From an uncultured Planctomycetia bacterium (GTDB taxonomy: Bacteria > Omnitrophota > Gorgyraeia > VGKH01 > JBHPFN01), in assembly GCA_964406665.1 (NCBI GenBank), contig CAYOSQ010000003.1:186558-250557 (forward strand): a stretch of DNA of 64,000 nt, read 5' to 3'. Positions 31,232 to 41,809 of the stretch are shown here, piece after piece. A program made the translations under genes and the position numbers. Numbering within the stretch: the first letter of the stretch is position 1; each line of letters begins with the position of its first letter. Below the pieces are notes generated by a model. The model worked only from the letters and a program-made list of their open reading frames with translations. It was not told where the DNA came from and did no database searches.

Positions 31232-32494
31232 ATGGATTTAAAAAATAAAAAAGTTACAATTTTTGGTTTGGGAAAAAGTGGATTAGATTTAGTTTTGCTG
31301 CTTGATGGTTTGGGAGCAAAAGTTTATATTACTGACGAGAAAGACAGCCTTCAGGCACGAGAGAATGCAGAAAAGATTCAAGGAAAGGCTAAAGTCGAAA
31401 TAGGAAAACATAGCGAGGCATTTATTGAGGGAAGTGATTTAGTGGTGCTAAGTCCCGGAGTGCGACAGGATTTACCAATTCTTTTAAAAATTAAAGAAAA
31501 AGGAATTATGGTTATTGGAGAGATCGAATTAGCTGCTTCTCTTTGCAAGGGAACTATTGTTGCTATAACCGGAACTAACGGAAAAAGCACTGTTACTACT
31601 TTGGCATCTGAAGTGCTTAAACTTTCAGGAAAAAATGTATTTCTCTGCGGTAATATCGGCATACCATTCAGTCGCTGCATACCTAAAATTCAGAAGGATG
31701 ATATTGCTTGTCTAGAGGTGAGTTCCTTTCAGCTTGAAACCACTAAGAATTTTAAACCAAAGGTCGCAGCATTTTTAAACTTTAGTAGAAATCATCTAAA
31801 TCGGCACAAAGACATGGATGAATATTTTCAGGCTAAAAAAATGATATTTGCTAATCAGGACAAAACTGATTGGGCTGTATTGAATGAGCGCGATGAAATT
31901 GTCAAGAATATTGCTGGAGAAATAAAGTCCCAGGTTGTGTATTTTAACAAGTCTAACGAAGATCCTGGTAAATTTTCTAATCCTAATTATTCTGCAGTCA
32001 GAGCAATAGCTTCGATCTTTGGAATAAGCAGTGATGAGTGCAATAAAGTTTTCAATAATTTTAAGGGATTAGAGCACCGTATGGAATTTGTCAGTACAGT
32101 TAAAGGAATTGATTTTATTAATGATTCTAAGGCTACAACAGTTGTTGCTGCTCTTTGGGCGCTTAGAAGTGTTAGTAAGCCGGTTGTGATGATTGTCGGT
32201 GGTCGAGATAAGGGAGGGGATTTTACAGTTATTAAAGATTTGGCAGTTGAGAAAGTTAAAGAATTGATTGTCATTGGTGAGGCAAAAGAAAAAATAAAAT
32301 CAGCTTTAAAAGATTTTCTTAATATAAAAGAATCTCAGAGTTTTCAAGAAGCGGTAAAGCTAGCTTTTGCCGACGCTAAAGAAAATGAATGTGTTTTGCT
32401 TTCTCCTATGTGTGCTAGTTTTGATATGTTTTCAAGTTTTGAAGAAAGAGGGAAAGTATTTAAGGAATTAGTAAGCGAGTTAGCCTATGCGTAA
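31232..32494 (+). CDS. murD: UDP-N-acetylmuramoylalanine--D-glutamate ligase
   Basis: ITGTNGKST Mur ligase motif, in dcw gene order. Confidence 0.9.
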   Translation: MDLKNKKVTIFGLGKSGLDLVLLLDGLGAKVYITDEKDSLQARENAEKIQGKAKVEIGKHSEAFIEGSDLVVLSPGVRQDLPILLKIKEKGIMVIGEIELAASLCKGTIVAITGTNGKSTVTTLASEVLKLSGKNVFLCGNIGIPFSRCIPKIQKDDIACLEVSSFQLETTKNFKPKVAAFLNFSRNHLNRHKDMDEYFQAKKMIFANQDKTDWAVLNERDEIVKNIAGEIKSQVVYFNKSNEDPGKFSNPNYSAVRAIASIFGISSDECNKVFNNFKGLEHRMEFVSTVKGIDFINDSKATTVVAALWALRSVSKPVVMIVGGRDKGGDFTVIKDLAVEKVKELIVIGEAKEKIKSALKDFLNIKESQSFQEAVKLAFADAKENECVLLSPMCASFDMFSSFEERGKVFKELVSELAYA

Positions 32495-33575
32495 CACAAG
32501 AATATTTCTGGTTATGACAACTGCCGTATTGATTTGCATCGGCATTGTTATGATATATAGTTCTAGTAGTATTTTTTCCTGGAAAAACTTAAGCGAAAGT
32601 ACTTATTTTCTTAAAAGACACGTAATCTATATTATAGTAGGCTTGCTATCTAGTTTAGCAGTCATGGCAATTGACTATCGTGTATTACAAAAATACTCAA
32701 GGGTAATTCTAGGAGTTGCCTTGTTGCTTCTGCTTTTGGTTTTGATACCGGGGATAGGTAGAGAGATTGGCGGAGCAAGAAGGTGGTTTAGATTTTTCGG
32801 CTTTAGCTTTCAGCCTTCAGAAATTGTCAAAATAGCATTTATAATTTATTTTGCAGACTTTCTCTCCCGTAAACAAAACCAGGTTAAGAATCTATTTCAC
32901 GGATTTGTTCCTGCTATGATAGTTATGGGAGTTATTGCTTTGGCGATATTATTGCAGCCGGATTTAGGTACTTCAATTGTTATTGTTGTTATAGGTTTTA
33001 CTATGTTTTTCTTAGCTGGTGGAAAAATAAAACATCTAGCAATTACTATTTTGTGTGCGCTGCCTGGTTTTTACTTTTTGATTTGGAATTCTTCCTATAG
33101 AAGAGCGCGTATAATTTCATTCTGGAATCCCTGGGCAGATCCTCAGGGAAGTGGTTTTCAACTTATCCAATCTCAGCTGGCCTTAGGCTCTGGAGGAATT
33201 TTTGGTGTCGGCTTAGGCCAGAGTAAACAGAAACTGTTTTATTTGCCCGCCGCTCATACAGATTTTATCTTTTCTATAATCGGAGAAGAAGGTGGGCTTA
33301 TTGGAACTTTATCAATGGTGATTATTTTTGCTCTTTTTTTGTGGCAGGTAGCTAGAATAGTTCGTCGGGCACCTGATAATTTTGGATATTTTACAAGCTG
33401 TGGAATATTTGTTATGTTAGCCTTTGAATCGATAGTTAATATGGGAGTTGCTACAGGAAGTTTACCCACCAAGGGATTACCTCTTCCGTTTATAAGTTAC
33501 GGGGGTTCAGCTTTGGTGATTGCAATGATGAGCGTTGCTTTATTGTTGAATATTTCAAGAACTAGGGAAATATGA
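32487..33575 (+). CDS. ftsW: Peptidoglycan glycosyltransferase FtsW (SEDS family)
   Basis: Ten-TM SEDS protein with the conserved AHTDFIFS block. Confidence 0.9.
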   Translation: MRNTRIFLVMTTAVLICIGIVMIYSSSSIFSWKNLSESTYFLKRHVIYIIVGLLSSLAVMAIDYRVLQKYSRVILGVALLLLLLVLIPGIGREIGGARRWFRFFGFSFQPSEIVKIAFIIYFADFLSRKQNQVKNLFHGFVPAMIVMGVIALAILLQPDLGTSIVIVVIGFTMFFLAGGKIKHLAITILCALPGFYFLIWNSSYRRARIISFWNPWADPQGSGFQLIQSQLALGSGGIFGVGLGQSKQKLFYLPAAHTDFIFSIIGEEGGLIGTLSMVIIFALFLWQVARIVRRAPDNFGYFTSCGIFVMLAFESIVNMGVATGSLPTKGLPLPFISYGGSALVIAMMSVALLLNISRTREI

Positions 33576-34657
33576 AAGTATTAATTGCATGTGGTGGTAC
33601 AGGTGGGCATGTTTTTCCCGCTATTGCTTTAGCCCAAGAGCTACAAAAGAAAGAAATTGAAATCCTTTTCTTGGGGACTAAGCGTAAAATGGATTCTTAT
33701 GTTTCCCAGAAAGGATTTAAATCAGTAAGTCTTGATATTACTGCGATTTCTTTTAGTTCAATAAAAAAATTATTAAGATCACTCTTAAAGCTTATAAAAG
33801 CAACATTAGATTCTTTTTCTTTATTGTTTAAGTTTAAACCTGATGTAGCAGTTGGTTTTGGCGGATATGTTTCTGGTCCAGTTATGTTTGCTGCTTATAT
33901 TATGCGTATACCTACGGTTATTCATGAGCAAAATGTAAAGCTCGGTAAGGCAAATTATATCTTATCTAAATTAGTTGATAATGTTGCTATAACTTTTGAG
34001 CAAAGCAGATGTTATGGAGCTCCCAAGAAATCCGTATTAACCGGCTGTCCCATAAGGAAGGAACTTCTACAAGTTGATGAAAGCAAAGCGTTAGATTATT
34101 TTGGTTTTAAGAAAGATGCCTTTACAGTATTTATTATGGGAGGAAGTCAGGGAAGTCACAAAATAAATAAAGAGTCTCTCAAGGCTTTTTCGAAATTTAA
34201 AGCAAAAAGCAATTTACAGGTTATTCACATATCCGGAAGTAGTGATTTTGAAATTGTTAAAGAAGAATATAAAAAAATAGGAATTAATGCTGAAACTTTC
34301 GAATTTTTTGATAAAATAGAATATGCTTATAGAGTTTCCGATCTTTTAATTGCTCGTGCGGGTGCATCAACGATATCTGAAGCAGTGGCATTCAATTTAC
34401 CTGCAGTTATTATTCCTTATCCATTTGCAGGAGGGCATCAGCTGTTGAATGCAAAATTCCTTTCTGATAAAGGTGCCGCAGTTTTGATTAAAGACAGTGA
34501 TTTATCAGAGAAATCTTTACTAAAGTATTTAGAAGAATTTTATTCAGATAGAGATAGCTTGCGGGAGTTAGAAAAAAGTTTAAAAAAGATTTCAGTGCTA
34601 GAAGCTGATAGGCTTTTATCTAAATTGATTTTAGAAGCGGGAGAAGTTAATGATTAG
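33572..34657 (+). CDS. murG: UDP-GlcNAc:undecaprenyl-PP-MurNAc-pentapeptide GlcNAc transferase
   Basis: GGTGGHVFPA N-terminus, GT28 family. Confidence 0.9.
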   Translation: MKVLIACGGTGGHVFPAIALAQELQKKEIEILFLGTKRKMDSYVSQKGFKSVSLDITAISFSSIKKLLRSLLKLIKATLDSFSLLFKFKPDVAVGFGGYVSGPVMFAAYIMRIPTVIHEQNVKLGKANYILSKLVDNVAITFEQSRCYGAPKKSVLTGCPIRKELLQVDESKALDYFGFKKDAFTVFIMGGSQGSHKINKESLKAFSKFKAKSNLQVIHISGSSDFEIVKEEYKKIGINAETFEFFDKIEYAYRVSDLLIARAGASTISEAVAFNLPAVIIPYPFAGGHQLLNAKFLSDKGAAVLIKDSDLSEKSLLKYLEEFYSDRDSLRELEKSLKKISVLEADRLLSKLILEAGEVND

Positions 34658-35432
34658 AAAAATATTCTTAGCAATCTTGGTTGTTTGTTTAGTGGCACCA
34701 GTTGTATTCTCTAAAGATAAAGAATGGGAAGTTAAAAAGAGCACGCATTTTATCGTCTATTATAAAGAAGCTCCCAAAGAATTTATCGAGAATATCATAG
34801 AGTCCGCAGAAGACTATTATCATTCTATTAGTAGTGAATTGGGTTTAAGAAGAAAGGATTACTGGCTCTGGGATGATAGAGCGAAAATATATATCCATAG
34901 CAATAAGGATGAGTACGTAAAAGCTTCCGGCCAGCCACATTGGTCAAGTGGCTCGGCACTTTATGAACTAAAGACCATTCATACATATCCTCTTGCTTCT
35001 GGTTTTTTTGATACATTGTTGCCTCATGAGTTGGGACATATAATTTTCAGAGAGTTTATTGGTTTTAGAAGAGATATCCCTATTTGGTTAGATGAGGGAA
35101 TTGCTATGTATCAGGAAAAAGCTAGGCGCTGGGGTTCAAATGATGTGGTTAAGAAAGCAATAAAAGATGGTAGTTTCATACCGCTTGATGAACTTTCAAA
35201 AATGAGATTGTGGTCTGGCTTAGGAGACGAGACGATTACTTTGTTTTATGCAGAGTCAACCAGTGTTGTTTATTTCCTTCTTCAAGAATATGGCAGGCAT
35301 AGTTTTATCAAATTTTGCAGAGAATTAAGAGACGGCAAAGAGCTGGAAGAGGCTTTTGATGATGCATATGTCCGTTTTGATACTTTTGAAGAACTTAATA
35401 CAGCTTGGGTAAGATATTTAGAAAATGAATAA
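34650..35432 (+). CDS. Secreted peptidase-MA-like (HExxH...E) protein
   Basis: Signal peptide, then HELGH with a downstream WLDEGIAMY block (gluzincin-type third ligand). Its placement between murG and murC is unusual. Confidence 0.55.
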   Translation: MIRKIFLAILVVCLVAPVVFSKDKEWEVKKSTHFIVYYKEAPKEFIENIIESAEDYYHSISSELGLRRKDYWLWDDRAKIYIHSNKDEYVKASGQPHWSSGSALYELKTIHTYPLASGFFDTLLPHELGHIIFREFIGFRRDIPIWLDEGIAMYQEKARRWGSNDVVKKAIKDGSFIPLDELSKMRLWSGLGDETITLFYAESTSVVYFLLQEYGRHSFIKFCRELRDGKELEEAFDDAYVRFDTFEELNTAWVRYLENE

Positions 35433-36804
35433 ATCAATACATTTTATCGGCATCGGTGGCATTGGTATGAGCGGTATTGCTCAGATTATGATAAGGCAGG
35501 GTTATCGTGTTAGTGGTTCAGATGTAAAGGATGGCCCTAATTGTGAGCGCTTAAAAGCTTTAGGAGTAGAGGTTTCTATAGGTCATAGCCAAGATAATAT
35601 TAAAGACGATGTTGATTTAGTAGTTTATTCTTCTGCAATAAAACAGGATAATAGCGAGTTATTTGCTGCAGCTGAAAAACACATCCCTATTCTTAAGCGT
35701 GCTCAGGTATTAGCAGATTTGATGAAAGACAAGATAGGCATTTCTGTTGCCGGAGCCCACGGAAAAACCACAACTACCTCATTAGCTTCTTTTGTGCTTA
35801 ATCATGCGGGGTTACTCCCGACGGTTGTTGCCGGTGGCATAGTAATTAATTTTAATGATAATGCTATGCTTGGTGATAGTAATTATTTTGTTGCAGAGAT
35901 GGATGAAAGCGACGGGTCATTTTTATATTTTAAGCCCACTTATGCCACAGTTACAAATATTGATTATGAACATGTTGATTATTATCATAGTTGGGAAAAC
36001 ATTGTAGATGCATATAGAAGATTTATTAATCTTGTTAAGCCCGATGGTTGTTTATTTGCCTGTCTAGACAACGAGCATGTTGAGAGCTTAATAAAATCTT
36101 ACAGCGGAAAATGTATTACGTTCGGTTTATCTGACAGGTGTGATATATATGCTGAAAAAATAGAATCGAAAAACTTCGTTTCGACCTTTTATTGTATATA
36201 CAAAGGAAAAACTTTAGGAAAAATAGAATTAAAAGTTCCAGGCAAGCACAATATTTCTAATGCTCTTTCTGTTATTGCCTTAGCATTAGAACTGAAAATT
36301 GATTTTAAGGTTATTCAAAAAGCTCTAGCTTTGTATAAAGGGGTACAGAGAAGATTCCAAATTAAACCATGTGAAAATAATATAACTATTGTTGATGATT
36401 ATGGACATCACCCCACAGAAATAGAAGCTACTTTAGAGGCTTTGAATTCTAATAATACAAAAAACTCAATCGTAATATTTCAGCCACATCGCTATACTAG
36501 AACTAAATTTCTTATGGATGAATTTGTAAGAAGTTTAAGCAAGGCCGAAAATCTTATAATCACAGATATTTATCCTGCAAGCGAAAAACCTATCGAAGGT
36601 GTAAGTGCGATGAATATGTGCGAGAGATTAAAAAACCTAAATTGCAACAATGTGCAGTTTATTCCTAAAGAAAGAATAGTTGAGCACGTAACGAAAATCG
36701 CAAAGCAGGGAGATTTTATTTTGACTTTAGGCGCAGGAGATATTGGAAGGATTTCTGATGAGTTATTATCAAGCATTAAAGAAAATAATAAAGGGAAAAA
36801 TTAA
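35425..36804 (+). CDS. murC: UDP-N-acetylmuramate--L-alanine ligase
   Basis: GIGGIGMSGIA and GAHGKTTTTS motifs. Confidence 0.95.
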   Translation: MNKSIHFIGIGGIGMSGIAQIMIRQGYRVSGSDVKDGPNCERLKALGVEVSIGHSQDNIKDDVDLVVYSSAIKQDNSELFAAAEKHIPILKRAQVLADLMKDKIGISVAGAHGKTTTTSLASFVLNHAGLLPTVVAGGIVINFNDNAMLGDSNYFVAEMDESDGSFLYFKPTYATVTNIDYEHVDYYHSWENIVDAYRRFINLVKPDGCLFACLDNEHVESLIKSYSGKCITFGLSDRCDIYAEKIESKNFVSTFYCIYKGKTLGKIELKVPGKHNISNALSVIALALELKIDFKVIQKALALYKGVQRRFQIKPCENNITIVDDYGHHPTEIEATLEALNSNNTKNSIVIFQPHRYTRTKFLMDEFVRSLSKAENLIITDIYPASEKPIEGVSAMNMCERLKNLNCNNVQFIPKERIVEHVTKIAKQGDFILTLGAGDIGRISDELLSSIKENNKGKN

Positions 36805-37708
36805 GCAAAAAGAGTCTTTGGCACATCACACTACTCTTAGAATAGGTGGTCCGGCAGCTGCATGGGTGGAACCAAAGGATCTTGAGGATTTGAAGGCTGT
36901 TGTTAAATTTGCCTATGATAAAAAGATTTCTTTGTTTTGTATTGGAGCAGGAAGTAATCTCCTTGTAGGCGATAAAGGTATAGACGGGATAATTGTAAAA
37001 CTAAATTCACCGTTTTTTAAGACAGTAGAGAAAATAAACAAAAATCATATTGTTGCATCAGGTGGAGCTCATCTTAAGGATTTAATAAGTTTCGCACACG
37101 GAAATTACCTTACTGGATGTGAATTTTTAATCGGTATTCCTGGTTCAATCGGTGGCGCATTAGCAATGAATGCAGGAATAAATATTTATTATAAAAGAAG
37201 ACGCAGGAAACATTACATTTCCGATATTGTAAAAGAAGTTACAGTAATGGATTTTCGAGGTCGGATAAGAACGTTGAAGAATAAGAATATCAGTTTTGGT
37301 TATAGAGCATCAAGTCTATCACATTTTATTGTGATTAGTGCGAAGTTTCTTTTGCATCAGGCAACAAAAATTGATATCAGGCGTGAAGAGAAACGATATT
37401 TAAACGCAAGAAAATCAACCAGCAATTTAAGATACCCAAATGCCGGTTGTGTGTTTAGAAATCCTGAACTAAATTCAGCATTTAAGTTAAGAGATTATTC
37501 ATTTTCTGCCGGATGGTTTATTGATCAGTGTGATTTAAAAGGCAAACGCATAAATGATGCTGCTATTTCCAATAAACATGCAAACTATATAGTTAACCGT
37601 GGTAAAGCTAAAGCTAAAGACGTGCTCTCGCTTATACAGTTGGTTCAGTGTACTGTAAAAAATAGGTTTAATATAGATTTAGTTTCGGAGATTAAAATTA
37701 TATGTTAA
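36758..37708 (+). CDS. murB: UDP-N-acetylenolpyruvoylglucosamine reductase
   Basis: HTTLRIGGPA FAD-binding motif. The ORF track starts at 36743; the ATG at 36758 overlaps murC less. Confidence 0.85.
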   Translation: MSYYQALKKIIKGKIKQKESLAHHTTLRIGGPAAAWVEPKDLEDLKAVVKFAYDKKISLFCIGAGSNLLVGDKGIDGIIVKLNSPFFKTVEKINKNHIVASGGAHLKDLISFAHGNYLTGCEFLIGIPGSIGGALAMNAGINIYYKRRRRKHYISDIVKEVTVMDFRGRIRTLKNKNISFGYRASSLSHFIVISAKFLLHQATKIDIRREEKRYLNARKSTSNLRYPNAGCVFRNPELNSAFKLRDYSFSAGWFIDQCDLKGKRINDAAISNKHANYIVNRGKAKAKDVLSLIQLVQCTVKNRFNIDLVSEIKIIC

Positions 37709-38664
37709 ACATGGAAAAAAATTGCAATTCAAAGTTTGGAAAAATTGGCGTTCTTATGGGAGGGGTTTCTTCTGAGAGAGATATATCGCTAAAGTCAGGC
37801 AAGGCAATTTATGATGCCTTAGGTAAAAACGGATGTAATGTTATGCCTCTTGATTTGACCACAGAAACAAAGCAACAGGTAAAGTCTTTCCTGAAGGCCT
37901 CTAAAATCTCAATTGCTTTTATTGCTTTGCACGGACGTTTTGGGGAAGATGGAGCCATTCAGGAAATTTTAAATGAAATGAGCATACCTTATACTGGTTC
38001 TGGTGTTCTTGCCAGCAGATCTGCAATTGATAAAATTGTTTCGCATAAGATTTTTGAGCGCTATAATGTTCCGTCACCGCGCTATAGTGTAATCTCCAGG
38101 GATAAAAGCTCAGATCTAAATTTGCAGATAAAGAGCCTAGATTCATCCGCCGTTGTTGTTAAGCCGGCTAGTCAGGGTTCAAGTATTGGTGTTACTATAG
38201 TAAAGAGTAGAGATAATCTTCAGCATGCGGTTGATTATGCTTTTGATTATGAAGATAGAATAATTATTGAAGAATATATCCCTGGTAGAGAAATGACCGT
38301 TGGGATTTTTGAGGATAAGCCTTTGCCGATCATTGAAATTATACCTAAAAAGAGTTTCTTTGATTTTCAGGCAAAGTACGAAAAAGGAATGACAGAATAT
38401 ACAAAAGACGTTAATTTACCTGAAAATGTATACAAAAAAGTTCAGGAAGTAGCTTTAAACGCACACTTAGCGCTAGGCTGTAAAGATTTCTCCCGAGTAG
38501 ATTTGATGTTAAAGGAAGATGATTCTTATGTTTTAGAGGTCAATACTATCCCTGGGTTTACCGCAACAAGTTTGCTGCCAAAGGCAGCAAGTGCGGTGGA
38601 TGTTGATTTTCCACGTCTGTGTATTCGTTTACTGGAGTTAGCTCATGGCAAAAAAGAAGAATAA
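37702..38664 (+). CDS. ddl: D-alanine--D-alanine ligase
   Basis: ATP-grasp domain with a Ddl N-terminal domain. Confidence 0.9.
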   Translation: MLNMEKNCNSKFGKIGVLMGGVSSERDISLKSGKAIYDALGKNGCNVMPLDLTTETKQQVKSFLKASKISIAFIALHGRFGEDGAIQEILNEMSIPYTGSGVLASRSAIDKIVSHKIFERYNVPSPRYSVISRDKSSDLNLQIKSLDSSAVVVKPASQGSSIGVTIVKSRDNLQHAVDYAFDYEDRIIIEEYIPGREMTVGIFEDKPLPIIEIIPKKSFFDFQAKYEKGMTEYTKDVNLPENVYKKVQEVALNAHLALGCKDFSRVDLMLKEDDSYVLEVNTIPGFTATSLLPKAASAVDVDFPRLCIRLLELAHGKKEE

Positions 38665-39409
38665 AAAGAATAAAAAATCAAAGAAAATAAATGTTTTTCC
38701 TATCGCTTTAGGGATTATCGTTGCAGCAATTTTATGTTTTGTTTCTTTTAAGTTTTTTATTTTTATTAAAGGAATGGATAATTTTAAAGTTGAGAATATT
38801 TCTTGTCTCACAGAAGACTATCCTGCACTTGTAAATAAAATAAAAAGTATAAAGGGCAGGAATATTTTTTCCTTAGATTTAGATTATCTTGAGAGAAGGC
38901 TTATCAATAGCTTCCCGGGCATATATCAAGTGAGACTGCTTCGTGAGTTTCCTGATGAAGTAATAATCGATTATAAAAAACGAATTCCACTGGCAAAGCT
39001 ATATTATGGAAACAAGTATTATTTTATTGATAAAGAAGCTGTTGTTTTGCCGTATCGAGAAAATTTTTCTCAAGGCAATCTTTCAATCATTAGAGGAATA
39101 AAAATTAAGCCTGATAAATTGAAGACGGGTAGGGCAATAAGTGGTAAAAATTTCAGATTAGCACTTTATTTGGTAAGTGAACTTAATTCAGTTAACGAAT
39201 TTTTCGATTTTATTCCCCTTACCATAGATATTTCCAATAACAATAATATAGTATTTTATCTCGATAAAGTAGAAATACGTATCGGTCTAGAAAATCAGAA
39301 AGAAAGATTAGGGATCCTAAGGATACTTCTTAGACAGCCAGATATTGATTTGGGTAATATTAAATATATTGATTTGCGGTTTAAAGAACCGATTGTAGGA
39401 AAAAAATGA
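38645..39409 (+). CDS. ftsQ: Cell division protein FtsQ/DivIB
   Basis: N-terminal TM plus POTRA-like region, in the dcw position before ftsA. Confidence 0.7.
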   Translation: MAKKKNKKNKKSKKINVFPIALGIIVAAILCFVSFKFFIFIKGMDNFKVENISCLTEDYPALVNKIKSIKGRNIFSLDLDYLERRLINSFPGIYQVRLLREFPDEVIIDYKKRIPLAKLYYGNKYYFIDKEAVVLPYRENFSQGNLSIIRGIKIKPDKLKTGRAISGKNFRLALYLVSELNSVNEFFDFIPLTIDISNNNNIVFYLDKVEIRIGLENQKERLGILRILLRQPDIDLGNIKYIDLRFKEPIVGKK

Positions 39410-40623
39410 GAAATAAAACAATTTTCGCAGTTGATATCGGAGATACTTCCATAGTCGCTGTTTTAGCTGAAGTCGATAGGAAAGGCAAAGTTCTTTCTAT
39501 CGATTTTTCTGACGGAAAAAGCAGGGGGATTAGTCAGGGAGTAATAAGCGATATCCAAATGTTGGCTGATTCTCTGCATAAAGTTATTGAGAGTCTAAAA
39601 AGTAAAACAAAGAAAGACGTTCATGAAGCATATATTAATGTTTCTAATTGTAGTTGTCAGATAAAACACAGCCATGCTGTTATGCCTTTAACTGAAAGAG
39701 GCAGCAAAATTATCACCCAGGATGATATAAAAAATATTAATAACCAGGCTCGTCTTCTGGGATTGAATATTGACGAGGAGGTAATTTATTGTACTCCTTT
39801 AGAGTATAGAGTTGACGGCCACGGTCCGCGCAAAAATCCTTTAGGCCTATATGGTAGGAAACTTGAAGTTTCGCTTTTGATGGTCATTATAAAAATGGGC
39901 TATAAAGAAAATTTAATTAAAATGCTTAACCACACAGGGATTGAAGCTAGAGATCTGGTGTTTTCGTCTTTGGCTACAAGTCTTTCTGTGTTAGAAGAAG
40001 ACCAGAAGCAGCAGGGCTGTGTTTTGTTGGATATCGGCGCGACCACAACAAGCTTTTTAGTTTTCAAAGATGGTGGTTTGGTTGAAGTTGATGTAATCCC
40101 ATTTGGTGGTAGGGCTATTACAGAAAGCATTGCCGCAAAAGCTAAAATTCCAAATGACCTTGCTGAAGATTTGAAGAAGTCTTACGCTCTGGCATTTTGT
40201 GAAGATATTGATGAGAATGATGAAATTCTGATAAAGAAAAGCTCTGCATATCTTCCTATAAAAAGAAAACTTATCTGTGAGGCGGCTCAGTCAGAGTTGG
40301 CAAAATTTATATCACTTCTTCTGGAAAAAATTGAAAAGGTAAGAACAGTTGCAACCGGAGGTGTTGTTATTACCGGTGGTGCTGCTCAAATGGATGGTTT
40401 GGCAGAGTTAATCGAGAATAAATTACATATGCCTACGAAAGTAGGTAAAATAAAAGGGATATTTTTATCTTCTACAAAAGCCTCGCTTTATTCTACCGCA
40501 ATAGGTCTTGTTTCTTATGCGGTAGATAAGCAAATATTGCGCAAGGGCGTTGCTGATTTAGGTAAAGGATATTTAAAATCGCTTATGCTAAAGGTAAAAA
40601 ATCTGTATCAGGATTATTTTTAA
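39406..40623 (+). CDS. ftsA: Cell division protein FtsA
   Basis: Actin-like ATPase (AVDIGDTSIV..., LDIGATTT). Confidence 0.9.
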   Translation: MRNKTIFAVDIGDTSIVAVLAEVDRKGKVLSIDFSDGKSRGISQGVISDIQMLADSLHKVIESLKSKTKKDVHEAYINVSNCSCQIKHSHAVMPLTERGSKIITQDDIKNINNQARLLGLNIDEEVIYCTPLEYRVDGHGPRKNPLGLYGRKLEVSLLMVIIKMGYKENLIKMLNHTGIEARDLVFSSLATSLSVLEEDQKQQGCVLLDIGATTTSFLVFKDGGLVEVDVIPFGGRAITESIAAKAKIPNDLAEDLKKSYALAFCEDIDENDEILIKKSSAYLPIKRKLICEAAQSELAKFISLLLEKIEKVRTVATGGVVITGGAAQMDGLAELIENKLHMPTKVGKIKGIFLSSTKASLYSTAIGLVSYAVDKQILRKGVADLGKGYLKSLMLKVKNLYQDYF

Positions 40624-40692
40624 TTAAGAATGGTGAAAAACCTTGACATTTGTTCTATTATGATTTAGATTTAGATTGAAAGGGAGGAAGAT

Positions 40693-41016
40693 ATGGTCAA
40701 AACAAAAAGAACTAAAAGTGTAAAGCGAGCAAAAAAATCAACTAGGTCATCTAGTGCTAAAAGGATGATGCAATTCTTGCTGGATGCTCCCCAAGCCAGC
40801 AGAGTAAGTGTTGCTGGAAGTTTTAACAACTGGGATACTCAATCATTGTCAGCCAAGAGAGACAAAAAAGGTACGTGGAAAGTTCGCTTATCTCTTCCTA
40901 AGGGAAGGCATGAGTATCGTTTTATTGTTGATGATCAGTGGTGGAGTGATCCTCGCAGCAGCGAATGCGTATCAAATGAATTTGGTAGTATTAATAATGT
41001 GCTGGAAGTAAAATAA
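40693..41016 (+). CDS. Small CBM48/AMPK-beta-like glycogen-binding domain protein
   Basis: VAGSFNNWD...HEYRFIVDDQWW is a classic CBM48 signature. It sits in the slot where ftsZ would be expected. Confidence 0.7.
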   Translation: MVKTKRTKSVKRAKKSTRSSSAKRMMQFLLDAPQASRVSVAGSFNNWDTQSLSAKRDKKGTWKVRLSLPKGRHEYRFIVDDQWWSDPRSSECVSNEFGSINNVLEVK

Positions 41017-41045
41017 TTTTTTGTGCTAAAAAAGCTTAGATAGAA

Positions 41046-41072
41046 AGGGATAGAAACAACTATCCCTTTTTG
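41046..41072 (+). terminator. Rho-independent terminator
   Basis: gggatag-aaacaa-ctatccc followed by ttttt. Confidence 0.75.
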
Positions 41073-41083
41073 TACAAAAATAT

Positions 41084-41803
41084 ATGAAATATATCTATGG
41101 CCCGGTAAAGTCAAGAAGGTTGGGTGCCTCCCTTGGGATAAGCCTAACACCTTATAAAGTTTGTAGTTTCGACTGTATTTATTGTCAATTGGGACGCACA
41201 ACTAAAAAAACCCAACAAAGATCACAGTACATAAACATTGCTGAAGTTTTAAAAGAGCTTCAAGCTTTCCTCGGAATTCAAGAATCTAATGATGAAAAGA
41301 TAGATTATATCACCCTCGCTGGTTTCGGCGAGCCTACACTTAATAGCAATATCGAAGAATTAATCCTATCAATTAAAAGACTTACCTCAATACCTATTGT
41401 TATACTAACAAATAGTTCTCTGTTGTCTTTAGCAGAAGTACGCAAGGCTTTATTGAATGCCGATATTGTTATGCCGACTCTTTGTTCAGTAGAGGAAGAC
41501 GATTTCGAACTGATTAATCGTCCTGTAAGAGATTTAAAGATAAAAGATATTGTCAAAGGGCTTATAGAATTTCGTAAAATATTTAATGGTAAGATTTGGC
41601 TTGAGATAATGGTTATTAAAGGTGTAAACGATAGCGTTGTTAAGATGAAAAAAATCGAAGAGATTATTAGTCAAATAAAACCAGATAAAGTATTTTTAAA
41701 TTCTCCTGTGCGTCCACCATCAGAGGAGTTTATTGAGCCGGCTGATAAAAGAACGCTTATCAGGATGCGCGAATCTCTAGGAGATAATGTTGAGATTATA
41801 TAA
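41084..41803 (+). CDS. Radical SAM protein (CxxxCxxC; COG0731-like)
   Basis: GPVKSRRLGASLGISLTPYKVCSFDCIYC cluster, with GFGEPTL. Confidence 0.75.
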   Translation: MKYIYGPVKSRRLGASLGISLTPYKVCSFDCIYCQLGRTTKKTQQRSQYINIAEVLKELQAFLGIQESNDEKIDYITLAGFGEPTLNSNIEELILSIKRLTSIPIVILTNSSLLSLAEVRKALLNADIVMPTLCSVEEDDFELINRPVRDLKIKDIVKGLIEFRKIFNGKIWLEIMVIKGVNDSVVKMKKIEEIISQIKPDKVFLNSPVRPPSEEFIEPADKRTLIRMRESLGDNVEII

Positions 41804-41809
41804 TTTTAT

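Noticed and set aside
40808-41011. 67-aa + strand ORF.
   Set aside because: It overlaps the CBM48 gene in another frame. The CBM48 frame has the recognisable domain.
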